A DNA stretch of 64,000 bases from assembly GCF_006345805.1 (NCBI RefSeq), contig NC_043007.1:53754001-53818000 (forward strand). The letters are read 5' to 3'. This document shows positions 63,480 to 64,000 of this stretch, piece by piece; positions within the stretch are counted from its first letter, which is position 1, and every line of letters starts with the position of its first letter. A program made the translations under genes and the position numbers. The notes below the pieces were generated by a model. It saw only the letters and a list, made by a program, of their open reading frames with translations. It searched no databases and had not been told where the DNA came from. This stretch comes from Octopus sinensis. Its lineage: Eukaryota.

Positions 63480-64000
63480 CGATAGGCTGTGCAATCTCCC
63501 TCATACTGCTTGTGTAGCAATGGAGTTCATCTTGAAGGCAGCAATGGGATTTTGGATGCCACCTCTAAAAGCCTTCATAGACAACAGTCCTTTGCACAAA
63601 GGACGATGAAGCATGCAGGATGCTGAAACAGTTGGATGAAGTAGTTGCATCTTCTAGAATGAGGTTCAAACCAAAGACATACCAGAACCTCTCTCTACAA
63701 GAAAGGAAATTAATGAAAAGAATTGTGTTCACAATACCTAATCAAAGTATCCCAAAAGTGACAGAGGAACCAGTCAAAAACCCAGGAAAATGATATGATG
63801 ATACCCTGAAAGATATGAAAAGGGAGATTAAAACCAAACAAATTGTAGAAAGGATCTGCAGGTCATAGACCAGTGTGGCCTCTCTAGCAAATACAGGGTT
63901 TGGTGATTGTAGTTCATGTTAATTCCAAAGCTTCTCTGTTCTCTGCTGGTTTACGATATCAGCACTAGTACAGTTGAGGATATGGACGCCAAAATCAGTA
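63480..64000 (+). mobile_element. Second Hero-like RT fragment, running off the window end
   Basis: Frameshifted GCAIS.IL..AMEFILKAA; ..IPKVTEEPVK.PGK.YDDTLKD. Confidence 0.6.

Overview
This is 64 kb of AT-rich, microsatellite-laden animal genomic DNA, most likely a coleoid cephalopod (Octopus-like; inferred from the repeat families), with one 100-N scaffold gap. The only host gene I can support is a minus-strand globin (neuroglobin-like). Its middle exon (17912-18149) and last exon (8038-8181) are visible, with introns at the conserved B12.2 and G7.0 positions and E7/F8 histidines; the first coding exon was not found. The rest is almost all transposon-derived: RTE, Hero-like and CR1 LINEs, Gypsy LTR remnants, a full-length frameshifted mariner, hAT, Helitron-like non-autonomous elements, tRNA-derived SINEs and Penelope-like (GIY-YIG) fragments. 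The most striking signal, which the ORF track does not show, is a dense set of type I hammerhead ribozyme motifs: about 8 intact or near-intact and about 6 degenerate or half copies. They include (i) two canonical GUC hammerheads 979 nt apart in a direct tandem repeat, (ii) a family of long inverted-repeat elements carrying hammerheads with a U-U pair closing stem II and palindromic stem III loops, and (iii) a hammerhead with a long multi-segment stem II. All folds were derived by eye; none was computed or tested.
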